A stretch of 63,926 bases of DNA, the filler included, from Octopus bimaculoides (Eukaryota): NCBI RefSeq assembly GCF_001194135.2. It is 4 parts of 4 records of this genome, joined end to end, with 100 filler letters (N's around TTAATTAATTAA, not from the genome) between each part and the next. Parts side by side here need not be neighbours in the genome. Positions count along the whole stretch, not along the records: positions 37,214 to 62,521 come from NC_069000.1; positions 62,622 to 63,926 come from NW_026439502.1; 2 more parts are not named here. One strand, 5' to 3'. The position numbers and the translations under genes are program-made. The notes beneath the pieces are model-generated. The model had not been told where the DNA came from and did no database searches. It saw nothing but the letters and a program-made list of their open reading frames with translations. Below, piece after piece: positions 61,790-63,926 of this stretch (position 1 is the stretch's first letter; each line of letters opens with the position of its first letter).

Positions 61790-62020
61790 CAGCTGCTCTA
61801 TCCAGATTACAAGTTCAGAGTTATACCTGTAATTATTGGGGCGCTGGGATATGTAACACACTGCCTAAATACCAATCTTGAGAAATTAGGCTTCTCAAAA
61901 CCAGAAAGGAGAAAACTGATTTGAAGACTACAGATCCAAGCCCATCACTGTAAAAATCTGTAAAACTTTCCAGAAGTTTATCATTTAAATATATATGAGC
62001 ATGTCTAGACATGCAACTAT
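61790..62020 (+). mobile_element. R4/Dong-like RLE LINE 3' end
   Basis: QLLYPDYKFRVIPVIIGALGYVTHCLNTNLEKLGF...LQIQA-ITVKICKTFQKF* fits the RLE C-terminal PVVIGALG motif. Confidence 0.7.
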
Positions 62021-62327
62021 ATGTATGGGGGTGTCGAGGTCGGTAGGGGTGGCATTTCTCATCCTGTTGTAGGTTATTGCTGTAGGCAATATGTGTTCTT
62101 TTGTGGGGTCCGGGGATAGCAAATAGAAGGGCTGCCCTGGGCTCTAGCTACACTAGTGAATGGACTATGAAATGAAATATATATAAATCGCAGAATGGAG
62201 AGTTGAGCAACATAAACGTGGACCATGACATGAGCTTGAACTGTTGTTGACTCAATATTTATTCACTTCCCACTCCCATGTAACTTGATTGTCAAGACAG
62301 AAATTGAGGACAAAAACACAATGATAT

Positions 62328-62521
62328 TGTAGTAACGCCGTGCGCATGCGTAGTCTCACGCATGCGTGGAATTAAACAACCAAGCGTTCCCGCTCAATTC
62401 ATTCTCTTTCTTGCTGGCCAGCAATAGAGCATGGACGTGTCAAGAGTGTCTCCAACATTCCAACTCTGGAGACAGTCTCTTTACGTGTTAAGCTGTCTCT
62501 CTACATCTTTCGGACTTACGC
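62328..62521 (+). mobile_element. Possible LTR 5' part or CpG-rich regulatory patch
   Basis: Starts TGTAGTAAC, has two GCATGC-centred palindromes and retains CpGs. Cut by a scaffold spacer, so no CA end or PBS is visible. Confidence 0.35.
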
Positions 62522-62634
62522 NNNNNNNNNNNNNNNNNNNNNNNNNNNNNNNNNNNNNNNNNNNNTTAATTAATTAANNNNNNNNNNNNNNNNNNNNNNN
62601 NNNNNNNNNNNNNNNNNNNNNCCCTGTCTACCTC

Positions 62635-63010
62635 CTTGTTCCACCACCACGTTACTCTGGGTCGGGAGGGACTTTACACCAGCCACAGATCTGGTCGGTG
62701 GCTCTCAGCAGGTTGTTCTGCAGAAATCTCCAATTGTCTTCCATGTTGTATGATGCTATATCCCCTTCTATTTTGTCAAATGCTTTGAGTAACATGTCTC
62801 TAAGTCTCTGTCCATTTGTAGGGTCTTTAAACTTCCACACCCTTCTCCTCCAAGCCGGTCTACATATGGGCATTCTTTTTGTCTTGATCCCGATGTCGCT
62901 AACTACTAATCTGTGTTGAGGGGTACATTCTTCGCCAGGGAAGGTTTTGGCGTTTATAAGCTGCCTTCTTTCCCTATTTCTGGCGAGATATAAAAATTCA
63001 TCATCTGAAA
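62635..63010 (-). mobile_element. RTE fragment (EN-RT linker), same family as 37-40 kb
   Basis: NAKTFPGEECTPQHRLVVSD...AWRRRVWKFKDP...NNLLRATDQICGWCK matches ORF 39234-39953. Confidence 0.85.
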
Positions 63011-63274
63011 GTTTCCACCTTTTGCTTTCTCCTGTTTTCCATGTATACATAAATACATATTTTGTATTTGACGTATTTAATATATTTGAAGTGTCTAAAT
63101 TGTTTATCCACGTAATTGCCTCTATACCTGCTCAACTTGATCCCTCTTATAACCTTTCTTTACCTTGTGGAGTGATCCCATGTAAAGACATTGGAGTCTG
63201 TTTGAATCTTTTGAGTACTACTGTCTTCTATACAAAGAATCACTGGATCTCTTCTGAGAACTATATATATATAT

Positions 63275-63318
<44 letters not shown>

Positions 63319-63377
63319 ACATACACACATAATAAGTTTGAAAATAGATTCAATGGATATAAATTGATTTATTAATT

Positions 63378-63488
63378 AATTAACATTGCCTACAATTGTT
63401 TCACTTCACACCAGTTTAAATTACAAAACATATATGTTTTGTAATTTAAATAGGGTGTGAAGTGAAACAATCGGAAGCAATGTTAATT
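63378..63488. repeat. Loopless imperfect palindrome, about 55-bp arms
   Basis: aattaacattgc...gtttcacttcacacc..tttaaattacaaaacata | tatgttttgtaatttaaa..ggtgtgaagtgaaac...gcaatgttaatt. Confidence 0.85.
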
Positions 63489-63647
63489 TATTTCCATTGA
63501 ATCTCCCCATTTTCAAACTTATTAATAATATTTGATGATTTATGATATATCTTTTGAAGAAATATTTCTTCAAAATATAATATATTAAACCAGGGTATCT
63601 TGAATAAAAACTCTCCTTATAAGAGGTTTAAATATCCTCATAGTGAA

Positions 63648-63691
<44 letters not shown>

Positions 63692-63775
63692 NNNNNNNNN
63701 NNNNNNNNNNNNNNNNNNNNNNNNNNNNNNNNNNNNNNNNNNNNNNNNNNNNNNNNNNNNNNNNNNNNNNNNNNN

Positions 63776-63817
<42 letters not shown>

Positions 63818-63926
63818 ACAGGAAGGACAACAAAAGAAAGAAAGAGACCTCAATATTATGCAAATAGAGGAATTAATCTGTATTTAGGTATGGGTGGGTA
63901 TGTGTTATACATTTTGTATGTGTGTT

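Overview
AT-rich, microsatellite-dense eukaryotic DNA with many N-gaps. The repeat families look cephalopod, probably Octopus (inference). I cannot name any host gene. A few spliceable exon candidates are given at low confidence. There is no CRISPR array, rRNA gene or intact tRNA gene. Most recognisable sequence is decayed mobile DNA: L1/Tx1 pieces (ORF1 with CCHC knuckle, endonuclease, RT), a HERO-type RLE LINE, several RTE LINEs, a CR1/Jockey RT fragment, an R4/Dong-like 3' end, Penelope-like element (PLE) fragments, four Tc1/mariner remnants, a Merlin transposase fragment, a Helentron/DINE-1-like element, many tRNA-derived SINEs and foldback elements. The main finding is two families of short PLE-terminus-like repeats carrying minimal type I hammerhead ribozyme folds. 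One copy is intact and canonical (57110-57155) and lies behind a tRNA-like T-arm. The other family has three copies that all carry a non-canonical U at core position 6 (50936-50972 is otherwise intact). Also notable is a 71-bp inverted repeat enclosing TTAGGG-type repeats next to the Merlin fragment. Three identical 100-nt N/TTAATTAATTAA spacers are assembly artefacts. All translations and alignments were done by eye, so element boundaries are approximate unless motif positions are stated.
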